Below, one piece after another: positions 11,046 through 23,139 of a DNA stretch of 64,000 nucleotides. The stretch is from Lama guanicoe (Eukaryota), in contig MU053934.1 in the NCBI GenBank assembly GCA_013239625.1, positions 1,977,031 through 2,041,030 of the forward strand, in the 5' to 3' direction. How positions within the stretch are numbered: position 1 is the stretch's first letter; every line of letters begins with the position of its first letter. Below the pieces are notes generated by a model that was given only the letters and a program-made list of their open reading frames with translations, did not search any database and was not told the origin of the DNA. The position numbers were made by a program, and so were the translations under genes.

Positions 11046-12367
11046 CTCATGCTGCCCCCTGACGCTACTAATTTCACTATAAAGGAGAGTGGCCAACAGG
11101 AAAGTGGGGAGGGAGGAGATCTGGCAAAAAGGCAAGTACAGAGCACAGATGGCATTCTATCTCAGAGTTCTAGACAAACAGGAGCAAATTCTGGGCCATG
11201 TCTAGCTCAACTACACAAACCAAAATGCTGGGATAAGCTTTAACTTTTACTTTTCAGCTCTGCAGTTTCCAAGAATGTCCACACCACTCAGTAGTACTGA
11301 CAACTAAACACAGTTCAGTAATTTTTCTAGAATGCTTAGAACAGTGCCTTTAACTCACTGCTGGTACCACACCAAGCAGGCCATGAGGTGACATACATTT
11401 CATAGTTTTCTCATGTTTTCTAGGAACTAAACATTCCTGCACAACTGGGCATCTTGCTGGCACACATACTGCTACTCAAAATTCACTTCCCAGAATTTTA
11501 AAATTAGAAGAGCTATCTTATAGACGTGGAAACTGAGGTCAGAACACTTGATTGTGCAGCATCACCTGGCTGGGTACTGACCTCCACAAAATGCTGATCT
11601 CCTGTTCCTCATCCAGGCAGCCCCTCCAGTGCCTCCCCCTTCAAGCCGGACCACTGAGATCGTCTTCTCTATATCTGGACATCATGCAACTACAGCTCCT
11701 TCTGGACATTTTCAGTAAATCCAACAAATGATGCAGATCGTGAAGACAGAGCTGGAGCACTTTTTGCTTTCTAGACAGTGCTACCCAAACTGTCAGGTGT
11801 CATGGCAGACACAGAAAATGGTAGTATTTTTATGGCACAAAGTGGCAAACTACAGTGCACGTGGTCCAAGTGCCCAGGGGAATCTAGGCCCCTTGTGGCT
11901 GCTTCCAGGCATACATGCTTCTCAACCCAAAATGTGGGCCTTTGGTTTGAAAGCTCTGTTCTGGGGCTAACAAGTAAAGGGGATTGAGACAAATTTACAA
12001 ATAGCTGTAATATAAGCACATGGGAAATAACCGAGGAGACTGTCACTGCTTTCGTTAAACATAAATGAGTGGAGATGAGACCAATTCAACTTGTTTCCTT
12101 TTATAACTCCTCTTCCAAACAAATCAAAAGCCAGAACAACCAATCCTCTGGTTAACAGACAGCTGATCAGTCCCACTGACAAGGCTGCAAAGACCCTAGA
12201 CATAGATGCCTAGTTCACAGAGATGAAAATGACTTAGAGGACATAAATGTGTCAGAAAAGTTTTTTGACTTCTTACAAATACTACAAAAATAAGTCAACA
12301 GAGGGGAGGAAGTCAGATTTCAAGGTCATATTCAAGTACGAAAGGAGAAGCAGCAAGGCAGCCCCTA

Positions 12368-12400
12368 CGCACACTCATACACACACACAGACACACACAC
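12368..12400. repeat. (CA)n microsatellite (imperfect)
   Basis: CACTCATACACACACACAGACACACACAC. Confidence 0.8.
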
Positions 12401-13468
12401 CCCCCTCTGTGATCAAGCTCCATCTCCGTAAACCTAGTTAAAATTCTAGTCTGATATTTATAAATTTAGCCTGCCTGAGCCAAGTAGGTTTCTGCAATTC
12501 CAGACATCTAGGCTGAAGGGCAAAGGGCAAAGTGAAACTTTTAAAAGCTGGCTAGTAGCCAAGGGCATCACATCTAGGAGGCTCCCTTAGCAACGCACAA
12601 CAGCTGTCTGCTCGAGAGGACACCGCCATCTTTGCAAGGGACTATATAGATGTTCTTGTTCTCACAGCTAAAAGCAGAGTTTTTTTCCTGTATTATTTCC
12701 CCTGTCATTCTCCTAAAAGTCACCACATTTCATAATTTTAAAACCTCTCTAATCCTAGTATGTTTCCCTCTATCCCAAATTATAACACCATAGTTAACAA
12801 TAAATTAAAATAATGTAAGGTATTAAAGTTCTTGGCAAGCATAAAATGCATTATAATGTTTGGTTATTAATTACTATTCCAGCTGCTATAGACCTGGTTT
12901 CTAACTATGGGAAAGTCACTCTTTGCGACTTAATTACTTGCCTCATAAAATTTTAATAACAATAGTGACCTGCTTCACCAGATTGTTGTGAAGGATAACA
13001 AAAATTACTAGACAAAAACTTACCAAATCTTATTCCTAATTAAGAATCATACCACCTACTTGCTCTCAACCTCTAAAGAGACAGTTTAGTTATCAAGGTC
13101 AGTGCCCCCGAGACAAAACACAGGTGGATCCTGACCCACCAGGAAGACTGAAGCTCCTGGAGCGACCAGCTCACTTCCTTGGCCCCCAGTGTCTTCTCCA
13201 AACCTCCCAAGCCCAGGGGATGCCACTGCACTGGGAGCTCAGCCCTTGTGCCTAAGTCTAGCAAGGTAAACAACATTAGGGGGAAAAAAAAAAATCACCC
13301 AATGTCATGATCACTGCTAGGCTTTAAAAGCCTAACACCTGGAGGGAGAAGGGGCCGTGGCAGTCTGTGCTCCGTGGGGAAGGCCGTTTGTGCAAGAGCA
13401 GAGCCTCGCAGCTTTCCACTCCTTATATGTGCAAGTGCGAACCCTCGCCCACAGCACTCTGTACTCAC

Positions 13469-13483
13469 CCAGAGGTACATCAT
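13469..13483 (-). CDS. Candidate coding part of an alternative first/5' exon of the host gene (MMYLW, phase 0)
   Basis: Minus strand: CTGAC ATG ATG TAC CTC TGG | GTGAGT (consensus donor at 13468-13463). An in-frame TGA lies shortly upstream. Two polypyrimidine-AG acceptors upstream (exon starts 13526 or 13549). Non-repetitive, CpG-containing context. Confidence 0.6.
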
Positions 13484-13850
13484 GTCAGACGGGGCTGCTC
13501 ACACTCAGCGGTCAGTTGATCCTGGACTGCAAAAAGGCACTTCAGTGAACTGTAGGAAAGGAGGTGCCAGAATGGGGGGCAGAAGTTCGGGGTGGGGAGA
13601 AACTCCCCCCCCTCAACAAAATCACTTGAGTTTAAAAATCTAAAAAAACGGCCGGTCTCCTCCCCCCTCCTCCCTCCTCTCCAGCTGACTGTTCTGTTGT
13701 TCTCTCCTCCCTCTCACCCTCCCTCTCTCTCTCCCTCTCTCTCTCTCTGGGAGTTCCCAGCCCCGTGTGTCGGAACTGGAGTGTACAGCACACGCTCTCT
13801 GTATTTGCCTTCAGGGAATCTCTCTCTGTCATTCTACTTCTAGAAACACA
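13484..13850 (-). promoter_or_regulatory. Candidate alternative promoter / 5'UTR with GA-rich tract
   Basis: Locally raised GC and CpG content, a (CT)-rich tract at 13656-13748 and no recognisable transposon, directly upstream of the MMYLW exon. Confidence 0.45.
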
Positions 13851-14344
13851 ATCATCACTGAGATTATTGCAAAAGGCAGGGATGGGTGGGGTTAGTAATA
13901 AACCACCAGCACCAGTTTCTAGCAGCTAGACATAAACCAGCTTAAGATGGGTTCTTTAAACATGAATGAAGCGATCAAAAAAACTCTGCCCTCCAAGATC
14001 AAGGGAAGGGAGCCAAGCGTCCCCTCTGCCCCAATTCTTCTGGAGCCCCTTGCAAGAGCCTAGAGCGAACAGGGAGCCTCCTCAGAGCCTCCATTCCCTC
14101 CCTGCGACGGCAGCCTTACACCACTCTTCTGTAATAGTTCTGAATCTTAGAATATTTTAAAGCATAGGAAAAACTGCATATAAACTCAGCTAGGTTTTCA
14201 TCTTTTTTATTACTACCACCCCAGTTCAGATCAATAGAGCCTCTCCTCTCAAGAGGGAAAAAAACAGGGTTTCAGAGTCAAGTGAATTTTGAGCCCTCCC
14301 CATGTTGCAGATTCTTTAGGCATGGGGACAGGGCAGGGTACGTG

Positions 14345-14505
14345 GCCTGCGTTTGAGATCTGGGTCTACAATCACTATCATCATGGCCTGGGGAAAGTTA
14401 CTTAACCTGTCTAAGCCTCTGTTTCCTCAGTCAAAAACAGGGTATAATACTCCTTTTGGAATTGTGATTAAATCGAATGATATAACTATGCAAACTATCT
14501 GCTAT
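14345..14505 (+). mobile_element. MIR SINE
   Basis: GGGAAAGTTACTTAACCTGTCTAAGCCTCTGTTTCCTCA. Confidence 0.8.
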
Positions 14506-15787
14506 GTCCCAGGTGACCATGATTTCTAATTCAGTTCAGCTCACACATTTACTAAGTTTCTCCTGTATGCCAGGCATAGTTTCATCCATTATGTTCAATG
14601 GTGAACGAGTACTATCAAATCACCTGTCCAGGTGGTTTTTATTCAGAAGACAGCTTACTTCTCCCCCATACGCCAATTCCCACACTCTTTCCTTACTTCC
14701 CTACCCATGTTTCCATGTTCAAACCCCAAACCTACCCAGCTGTAAGTGATCCCTCCTCTCCTAACTAAGCCTGGTGTTTGTGACATGGTATTCACCACTC
14801 CTACCAGTTACCACTACAGGTACCCACCTGTACCTACCAATCTTATCCCATTTATTTGCATCTTTCAGGGCAGAGTTCATCTATTTTGGGCCATGGAGTC
14901 TTTTGCTTAGGACCTAGTACACAGTAGGTGCACAATATGCTCTCAAAGGGTTGTGTGTTTTGAGGAATATTTTACTCCTTTAACTCATTAAAGGAAAAAC
15001 AAAATAAAACAAAAACAAACAAGAGGCCTACCACCTTCCAGCTGCCTCAGGGTTCTGTTCCCCTCAGACATGTTGTAACAACTCTCTCCTGCTCCTAAAA
15101 CCTCCAAGTAAGGCCTGCATGTCTCACATTCAAAGCAGGCCCGGAGCAGGTACTAGGTACGTTCACTCCCCTACTTAACGCTTCCCAACGCAGGGCTCTG
15201 TCTTAGTTACCTGCTACGGGGGAGTTCCTTTTCTCTTATAGTAGAAGTCAAGTCACTTTTCCTTTTCTTTCACAATAAAGATGTGCCTTCTGCTTTCAAT
15301 ACCTCCTCCCTCCTCCCACCTTAAACTCTCACTCACTTAAACTTGAAGAGGTGGGGCAAGTATTTTTCTCAGCCTCACCCAAGCCTTTTCTTTTTCTTTA
15401 TGCAGAATCACTTTGCTTCCTCTAAAGTCAGGATTACTTCATTTCCAGTACAAAAGAGGAGTAAGAACTTCAAGTCTAAAACTGAAAGCCTTAAAAAAAA
15501 AAATTGGAAAACAAATCTTAGGCTTCCTATAGACTGTTATTTAGAGTCTTTTATATGCCCATAATCAATTTTTAAACACAACTTTCATCTCCAGTCTCAT
15601 AGACTGTGCCTTAAGTCACCAGACTTCCCTATATTCCATTCTAAAAAACTGTATTAAAATAACACTGTTAAGAGATTATAGTCCTTTCAGACTCTCCGAA
15701 GACCAAAACTGATAATACTCATTCATTTTTAACCAGGCATCAAAAAACAAATGCAATAAAATTTCATATAATGTACTTTATGCTATT

Positions 15788-15879
15788 ATTTCTTTTCTTT
15801 TTTAATGGAGGTACTGGATTTTGAACCCAGAACCTTGTGAATGCTAAGTACATGCTCTACCACTGAACCATTCCCATCC
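15788..15879 (-). mobile_element. tRNA-derived camelid-type SINE (short form)
   Basis: poly-T then TAATGGAGGTACTGGATTTTGAACCCAG..CATGCTCTACCACTGA. Confidence 0.85.
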
Positions 15880-16178
15880 GCTATGGTGTTAATCTTTCAG
15901 TCAAATTTGGGATGGAATAATGATACCTATGTTCTTTTGCAGCAAAGCAGTAGAAAAATACATAGTGAAAAGAGATCCCTGAAATGAAGTAACAGAAGTT
16001 TAAATATGTCACAAAAACTCTAAAAACTACCTCCAGAACTCCTATGAGTGGAATCATTATAAACTTCCTTAGAACCACAGAAAAGTTCATAAATTTCTGC
16101 TCTCAATGCATCTCTTCCTTTTCTGAGCATAATTTTAAGAACTTGTTGGTTAGTCTATTCTATGTGCTTTTTTTTATA

Positions 16179-16199
16179 ACACACACACACACACACACA
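16179..16199. repeat. (CA)n microsatellite
   Basis: ACACACACACACACACACACA. Confidence 0.9.
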
Positions 16200-17067
16200 A
16201 ACTTCAAAAACCCACAGGCAAGCTAAGTAACTTTTTTTAATTCATGCTCCTGCATGTCCACATTTCCCTACCTTAAAAAAAAAAAAACAAAATTCTTTCA
16301 AATCAAGTCAAATAAGGAAACTTCTGCTTTATCACTACGCAGGATTCAGATTAAGAGGCACAAAGGTGTAACAACATGAAGACACTCTGAAAAGGATCAC
16401 AGTTTTATACATAGGATTAGGATGCACACATAATTCATTCCATCAGGAGAACATTTTATCAGACTGCATGAATGTTCTCTGAAGCTTATCAGCCTCTATA
16501 TTAGTTCAGAAGAGGGAATGTATGAATTTGAGCATCAGAGAAGGAACTCTTCTCAAGAGGGCCCACAGAGGAAGTCTGGCATGCCTGCTTCTGAAAAAGA
16601 AAAATCAGATTATCTAGGACAGCAACATGGGTACTGCCAGCAATTCTAACCTTATAATGCACCCTGATTCCTGCTTCTGAAAGCACTGGATTTTGTAATG
16701 TGAAGAGTCTGGTTGGCAGAAAAGGTTTGGAGCCCCATTTTAGATTCTTTGGCTTGAAGTCTAACAATGGAAGACACTGCATGTTTCATGCAAGTTTCTC
16801 TGTGGGTGTAAAAGTCTGGTGGGGGAGTGTGTACATCTAGGGAGCCAACACAATTTCACAAAAATACATCTGAGAAATCAGGCTCTGAAAAATTTTCAAA
16901 AGAAATGTGAGGCAACCCTCTCTACATAATTTATACACTTTCCCCTTTCAGGACTGGTAGGGACAACACAGACTGACCACAACAGTAAGCTACAGAAATG
17001 GGCCATATGAGGTCCAACTGAATTTGACTCAAAAAAAAAAAAAAAAACCCCCAAAACATTTAAAAAA

Positions 17068-17494
17068 NNNNNNNNNNNNNNNNNNNNNNNNNNNNNNNNN
17101 NNNNNNNNNNNNNNNNNNNNNNNNNNNNNNNNNNNNNNNNNNNNNNNNNNNNNNNNNNNNNNNNNNNNNNNNNNNNNNNNNNNNNNNNNNNNNNNNNNNN
17201 NNNNNNNNNNNNNNNNNNNNNNNNNNNNNNNNNNNNNNNNNNNNNNNNNNNNNNNNNNNNNNNNNNNNNNNNNNNNNNNNNNNNNNNNNNNNNNNNNNNN
17301 NNNNNNNNNNNNNNNNNNNNNNNNNNNNNNNNNNNNNNNNNNNNNNNNNNNNNNNNNNNNNNNNNNNNNNNNNNNNNNNNNNNNNNNNNNNNNNNNNNNN
17401 NNNNNNNNNNNNNNNNNNNNNNNNNNNNNNNNNNNNNNNNNNNNNNNNNNNNNNNNNNNNNNNNNNNNNNNNNNNNNNNNNNNNNNNNNNNNNN
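17068..17494. other. Assembly gap (N run)
   Basis: 427 N bases flanked by poly-A tracts. Confidence 1.
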
Positions 17495-17607
17495 AAAAAA
17501 AAAAAAAAAACCCACACAAACCTTGAAAGAATGGGGCTCTTTTAACCTCATTTCTTCTCAACTTAAAATAGCAAGGATTCCCACAGGGCAGTTCTCTAAT
17601 AGAATTT

Positions 17608-17775
17608 GCTACTCAAAATGTGACCCATGGACCAGTATCAGCAGCAATAGCCTCAACTGGGAGCTTCCTAGCTATGAAGACTCTCAGGCCCCATCCTAGA
17701 TGACAGAGTTAAAACCAACACTATGACAAAAGGCACAGATGACTCACAAGCACGCTGACGTCTGAGGCGCTAGTC
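17608..17775. mobile_element. MER5A-like hAT MITE
   Basis: GCTACTCAAAATGTGACCCATGGACCAG..CTGGGAGCTT..CTCAGGCCCCATCCTAGA. Confidence 0.7.
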
Positions 17776-17934
17776 TAGATAGAGCGCTGTCCTTATGAAG
17801 CAGGATACACTCACAGAAGAAAGGGGTAAACGTGGTTGCCGCTGTCCAGTTATGGGATCTAAACCAGCCTGGAAGACTAACTAGCAAGTGAGTACCCCAA
17901 CACTGCCTGCTGACTTAAATAAAACACCAGCAGC

Positions 17935-18150
17935 TGCAACTATTTACTTGGAACACAGTATGTGCCAGAACACTGCATGCATTATCTCACTGCATCTTCA
18001 TATCTCTGGAAGGTAGGCCCTACTTCATCTTTCTCACACATAGAAGAAAACTGGGGCTCAAAGGGGTTAAACACCTTGCCCATGGTCTCACAGCTAGTGA
18101 GTAAAGGAGCCACGAGTTAAACACAAATTTGTAAGACTCCAAGATCAGTT
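17935..18150 (-). mobile_element. MIR SINE
   Basis: TATGTGCCAG..AAAACTGGGGCTCAAAGGGGTTAAACACCTTGCCCATGGTCTCACAGCTAGTGAGT. Confidence 0.8.
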
Positions 18151-19359
18151 TGACTACATCACACTGATGATACCAAATCAAGACTGCCGAAATCATCAGG
18201 AATTTTACCCTGGATATAATCCTGTGCTCTACCTCTGCCCATTACTAAGACTTCAAAGAGTAAATAACAGAGATGAGGTTTGGAACCCAGTGTACACACA
18301 CTGTATATCAGTTTCCAAAGGCCGTGGCTCTGGTCAAGCACTCCTGCTATGATAGACATCACTCAGAGAAAGGTTCTGGTCACTTTCTACGACATCTGCA
18401 GTGAGCTCTAGATGCACACACAATAAAAGGCACATCTCAAAGCTCACCTCCTGGAAAAGCTACAGCAAAGAGGTAAGTTGGAGCCTCACCCCTAGTTTTC
18501 AGGGAACCCAGAGTGACATCCTTAAAAGAGGAAAATGTATTATCTTAAGAGCTGTGTTTTTCCTTATTATGCTTCAATCATATTCTCAAATAACCTCCCA
18601 TATGTCTAACTAACTTGCTCTGGCAACCCCTCCACTACAAGTTTTGACCTCATGAAGTCCCCTGACCCAACCACTTGTTCATGGCCTACTCACTCCAGCC
18701 CTGTCTTCCATTCCCTCCTATGTCCAACTTTGACTCCACAGTCCATGATTATTATTCCCTCCTTGTAAATATCATCAGTCATTTGTCCTCTCCATCACTG
18801 CCACTTAGCAAAACTCCAATCCTGGTGTTAAATACAATTATCTGCCTTCTCTGTGCATGTTTCCAATCAGCAGATGTTGCTGGAGAAAAATCACATCACC
18901 AAGCTGACTGATTTCACTATATATTCATGATCACAAAGCTCAACTGGGCACTTGGCAATGCTAAGCAATCCTACCAAAGCTGCCCTTGTAAGCTTTACTG
19001 CTCTCCAAAATGACTATTTCTACTTTCTCCTCAAACCTACTTCATTCTCCCCCCACCACCCAATTATCAGCTGTTGTTCTATCCAAGTATTTCACTTTAA
19101 AAGAGAAGCATTCAAATAGCCTCTTCTGTCCACCAAATCTACAATCCTACCTAGAACGCATTCTGTTACCATGAAGGAAGTATGCTTCGCATCAAAGGCC
19201 TGTTTCACTACCTGTGCTCACACCCCATCTCCCGTGCCTATGTAAGCACTGTGCTGCTCTGTTAATCACCCACTCTCTCCTGCATCACTGATCTCTCCAC
19301 TCATCACTGTCATGCCAGCAATAAACCTATGTCCATCCTCAGAAAAACCTCCCCTCTGT

Positions 19360-19600
19360 TCCCATACACTGATGGAGAAAGTGTACACTGGTATCACCAC
19401 TCTGGGAGTCAGTTTGGCAATATCTATCAAATTCTGAAATGTGCATGGCCTCTGGCTCAGCAATTTCACCTCCAAGAAACCTATCTTAGAAAATCCCCAC
19501 AGGTGTAAAAGAAGTTTTACACTGTAGTAATCTGTAAAAGCAAAAACTTAAAAACATAAATGTCCAATAATAGGTAAGTGACTAAACGAACTATGGTTTA
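19360..19600 (+). mobile_element. Old L1M (ME/MD-like) fragment nested in L2
   Basis: ACTGGTATCACCACTCTGGGAGTCAGTTTGGCAATATCTATCAAA..CAGCAATTTCACCTC. Confidence 0.7.
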
Positions 19601-20403
19601 AAAAGTCCTCCTTTGACCCCTCACCTCCCTCCAGCTAGTCTCTCCATCTCTCTGCTCACAACTTCACTGTAAATCTCCTCAAAACCAGGAAATCTCCTCA
19701 GAAGCAGTAAATCTTCTAAAAAAAAAATTATCCGTATCTGTTTCCACTTGTTCACCTCTCACTTTTTCTTCAATCTACTCAAGATATAGTTTCCAAGCCC
19801 TTCACTCCATTAAACCAACTGGTCAATGTCAACCATATCCATGTTACTTAATCCAATGGACATTTTGATGTCCTCAGTTAACCTGACCTCTTAGCAGCAT
19901 TCAACAAAGCTGACAACCTTCTTAAAACATTCTCTTCTTCTAGCTTCTGAGATATGACAATCCTCATTCTTTCCATGCATCACTGATTACTTCTTCTCAA
20001 TGCCTTTTTCTGGCTTCTCCCTCAACAAACTTCTAAAATGGATGTGTTACTTGGGGTTCAATCTAGAGTCATCCTCTTCTCTCTCTGAGTTGTCTCTACC
20101 ATTCTCACTGCTTCAAATACCACCAACATGCTAATAATTACCAAATGATATCCCTATCCTAGGCCTCTTCTCATGCTGCAACACGACGACTTAGCTGTCT
20201 CACAAGCATGTCAAACATAACAGCCCCAGACTGGGCTCTTAATTTTCTACCACCATCACCCTGAAATCTGGTATACTCTTGGTGCTCCCTACCTCACTAA
20301 GTGGTACTACCTGGCAATTATGAAAGCCAGAGCCCCTTCCCTTATCCCCCACCCCCACATCAAACCCATTAGTTTTGTGTGTCAGACTTGTCTTGATCTC
20401 CAT

Positions 20404-20527
20404 TGCAAACACCTAATCCAAGCTCTCCTTCCTGAACATTGCAATAGTTCTTCCACTTCCACTGCTGCAAACACCTAATCCAAGCTCTCCTTCCTGAACA
20501 TTGCAATAGTTCCTCCATTTCCACTGC
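20404..20527. repeat. 62-bp tandem duplication
   Basis: 20404-20465 and 20466-20527 are identical except for 2 substitutions. Confidence 0.95.
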
Positions 20528-21427
20528 TGCTCCCCTTCCAAACATTCATCACTTAGTAGCCAGAGGGACTTTCTAATCAGATCATATCACTCCTTTGATT
20601 CTATAGCTTCACAATGCACTTAATTTTTGTTTCTATTTGAAGTCTTTATAATGGCCTTTAAGGTGCTATATGATCTTCTAAGTGCCCACTGCACCAGTCT
20701 CATTTCATATCATACCCCTTTATTCCTTGTTTTTGAAATCCTTCCTCATCCTGCCTTCATTCTGACAAGACTGGCTCCTTATCTTCAGATCTCAGCTTAA
20801 ATAACCCCTCCTCAACTAAAGCTCTCTGGGTCACTCTGTCTAGATGGAAGTCCTTCTCCATAAGCCCATTGCTCTGTATTACTATGCTCTGTTTATTTTC
20901 TTCCTAGCAGTTATCAAAACCTATAATTAATTAATGTGTTCATTTGTTTTCTTATTTGTTATATAGATTTCTCCATTAGAAAGTAATATTTTGAATATTT
21001 CACATACATCTGAGATCTACTATAGAACATTTTATCCCTTGACTTTTTCCTAGGGAAGGTCAAAGTTATTTGTAGGAGTTTCTGGCACTCTGGCAACTGT
21101 CTAACCAAGTCCTATAAATAAAGTTAGAGTGCAACTAATATCACCCTAGTTACCAAAAGGACTCAAAGTTTCATCATAGCTACAAACCATAAACACATGC
21201 CAGAACCAGTGGTTTTAGAATGGCTTTACAGTTCGAAATAACCATAATATTAATATGAAAAAGCTGTTCCAACTTAATAATTTACTTTAAGCTCATCTGA
21301 GTACTGCATTCCAAACTGCCTACTTTCCAATACTATAAATGTATTTTGCTCAGCACAATAAAATAACAGCATCCCAACCCAAGCTTTACTACAATCAAGC
21401 TTGTTGTTAATTATTTACAGTCTAGAA

Positions 21428-21630
21428 CCATGCATCCAATGCGGCAGCCACTAGTCACGTGTGGCTATTTAAATTTAATTTTAATTAATTAATATTAAAA
21501 TTTGTTTCTCAGTCACACTTGCCACACTTCAAGTGCACAAGAGCCACATGAGCCTAGTGGCTGTTACAATCAACAGGGCAAACAGAAAACATTTCCGTCA
21601 TCACAGAAAGATCTATTGGACAGAGCTGTT
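21428..21630. mobile_element. MER3-like hAT-Charlie MITE
   Basis: TCCAATGCGGCAGCCACTAGTCACGTGTGGCTATTTAAATTT..CTAGTGGCT..TATTGGACAG. Confidence 0.8.
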
Positions 21631-22339
21631 CTATAACTTAAAAACCAGGAAGCAAAAGGTCCTCTAAATACCCAGAATATCAAAATGTCCAAACACTTTC
21701 ATAACACGAAAGCTCCGCCAGGCCTTTTCTTTGAATCTATTTATTTTTATTTTAGAAATATTTCTGTCCTGGTTATCTGGCTCTTTACCCACCCAAAATT
21801 TAGAAAGCATATTAGGAAAGGGAGCTAGGAAGCAGTAGGGAATAAGTACCAGAGAAAAGAGGAATATTATGTCAGAGGCAGCCACACCAGGAGCAAGAGA
21901 GACCAAGAGAAAAAAATCCAAAAAGCAGCTAAGATATCAACAAGCAGACAGATATCATAATGGGGTCATTTAGTAAAGCAAAACCAGGAAAAGCTTTTGA
22001 AATATCACTCTTTTTAGCCCTAAACAATAACCGATGTTGACAACTGTGTTAAAACCATTAAGAAAAGTATCTACTATTATATGGTTAAGAAGACATAAAT
22101 TGCATAGTTAAACAACAAATTTTAGAAAGATTTACTTCCAAAATAAATCTTAAACCTCTTGGTGCTTAATGAAGGGGAAATCCTCTCAGCTAGCTGGAAT
22201 ACTCGACCACCAAAAATAAGTCATTCCTAAAATATTCTGCATAGTCAAATTCAAGCCAAGAGTTCAGTTTAGGCAGTATGAACAAATGTTGCTTTCAGAG
22301 CAGGTACAGATGTAAGACTAAGACAAGATTCTTCTGTTA

Positions 22340-22620
22340 ATGAATTATGGTTCATTCAGACAATGGAACACTATATAGTCTTGCAGGGTGCAGAGCGGAT
22401 GAGGAAGCTCTTCAAGTGATAAAAGAAAGGTTCAGAACAATGTATAGCACAGTGCCACTGATTTTTTTTTTTAAATGAGGAATTATACACAAAAGGAACA
22501 TACTCATTGCTTCTAGGGAAAAGACACTGTGGGACTCAAGAGAGCAACTGTTCACCATATGACCATTTTGTACCTTTTGAATATTGAGTCATGCAAATGT
22601 ATTATTTATTTTTAAAAAAA
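22340..22620 (+). mobile_element. Old L1ME-like 3'UTR fragment
   Basis: AATTATGGTTCATTCAGACAATGGAACACTAT..TTTTGTACCTTTTGAAT. Confidence 0.6.
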
Positions 22621-22798
22621 AGATGAAAACCTTAAATCAAAAAAAAAAAAAAAAAAAAAAACCCGAAGAAATTTACAATCTAATAGCTTATCCAGGCTCC
22701 AAAAAAATGGGAAGTAAAAATTACACTTTTTTCTTCACCAATGACTAGACATTTAAATATTAAACACATATTTTATTCTTATTAAAAAGCTGAAAAAA

Positions 22799-22848
22799 TT
22801 TGACACAACACTGTAAAATGATTATGAATCAATAAAAAATGTTAAAAA
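22799..22848 (+). mobile_element. ~50-bp young L1 tail insertion with TSD
   Basis: TTGACACAACACTGTAAAATGATTAT..AATAAAAAATGTTAAAA flanked by AAAAAGCTGAAAAAA (22784-22798 and 22849-22863). Confidence 0.8.
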
Positions 22849-23139
22849 AAAAAGCTGAAAAAAAAATCCTCACTCTACACTATTTGAAATCCCAATTAAC
22901 TAGTTTTGAAAAACTCGAACTTGAACTTAACTGGAAACTGCAATGATTCCTTATTATTATGCTGTATTAAATTTAAAAAAAGTGTTTGCATAAAGGTGTA
23001 TACATCTCAAGAAAAAAAATCATTTTATTGGATAATACAGCAAAGTTTGGCTCAAGAGCTCCCAAGGAAGCTACAGAATGGTCTACTGCCCCATGTGGGA
23101 GGCAAGGTCAGGTCATTCTAAAGGTCCCTGAGGTTGAGA

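Larger units (their letters stand above)
18590..20985 (+). mobile_element. Long LINE2 copy, interrupted by an old L1M fragment
   Basis: L2 ORF2 text (GCTGGAGAAAAATCACA, CTGACCTCTTAGCAGCATTCAACA, CTTCAGATCTCAGCTTAAAT). Confidence 0.75.

Noticed and set aside
13295..13483. 62-aa ORF starting MMYLWVSTE as a single-exon protein
   Set aside because: A consensus donor follows codon 5; the remainder is more likely intronic and resembles no protein I recognise.
16896..17561. Longest ORFs in the track (162-221 aa)
   Set aside because: Produced by the N gap (X residues).
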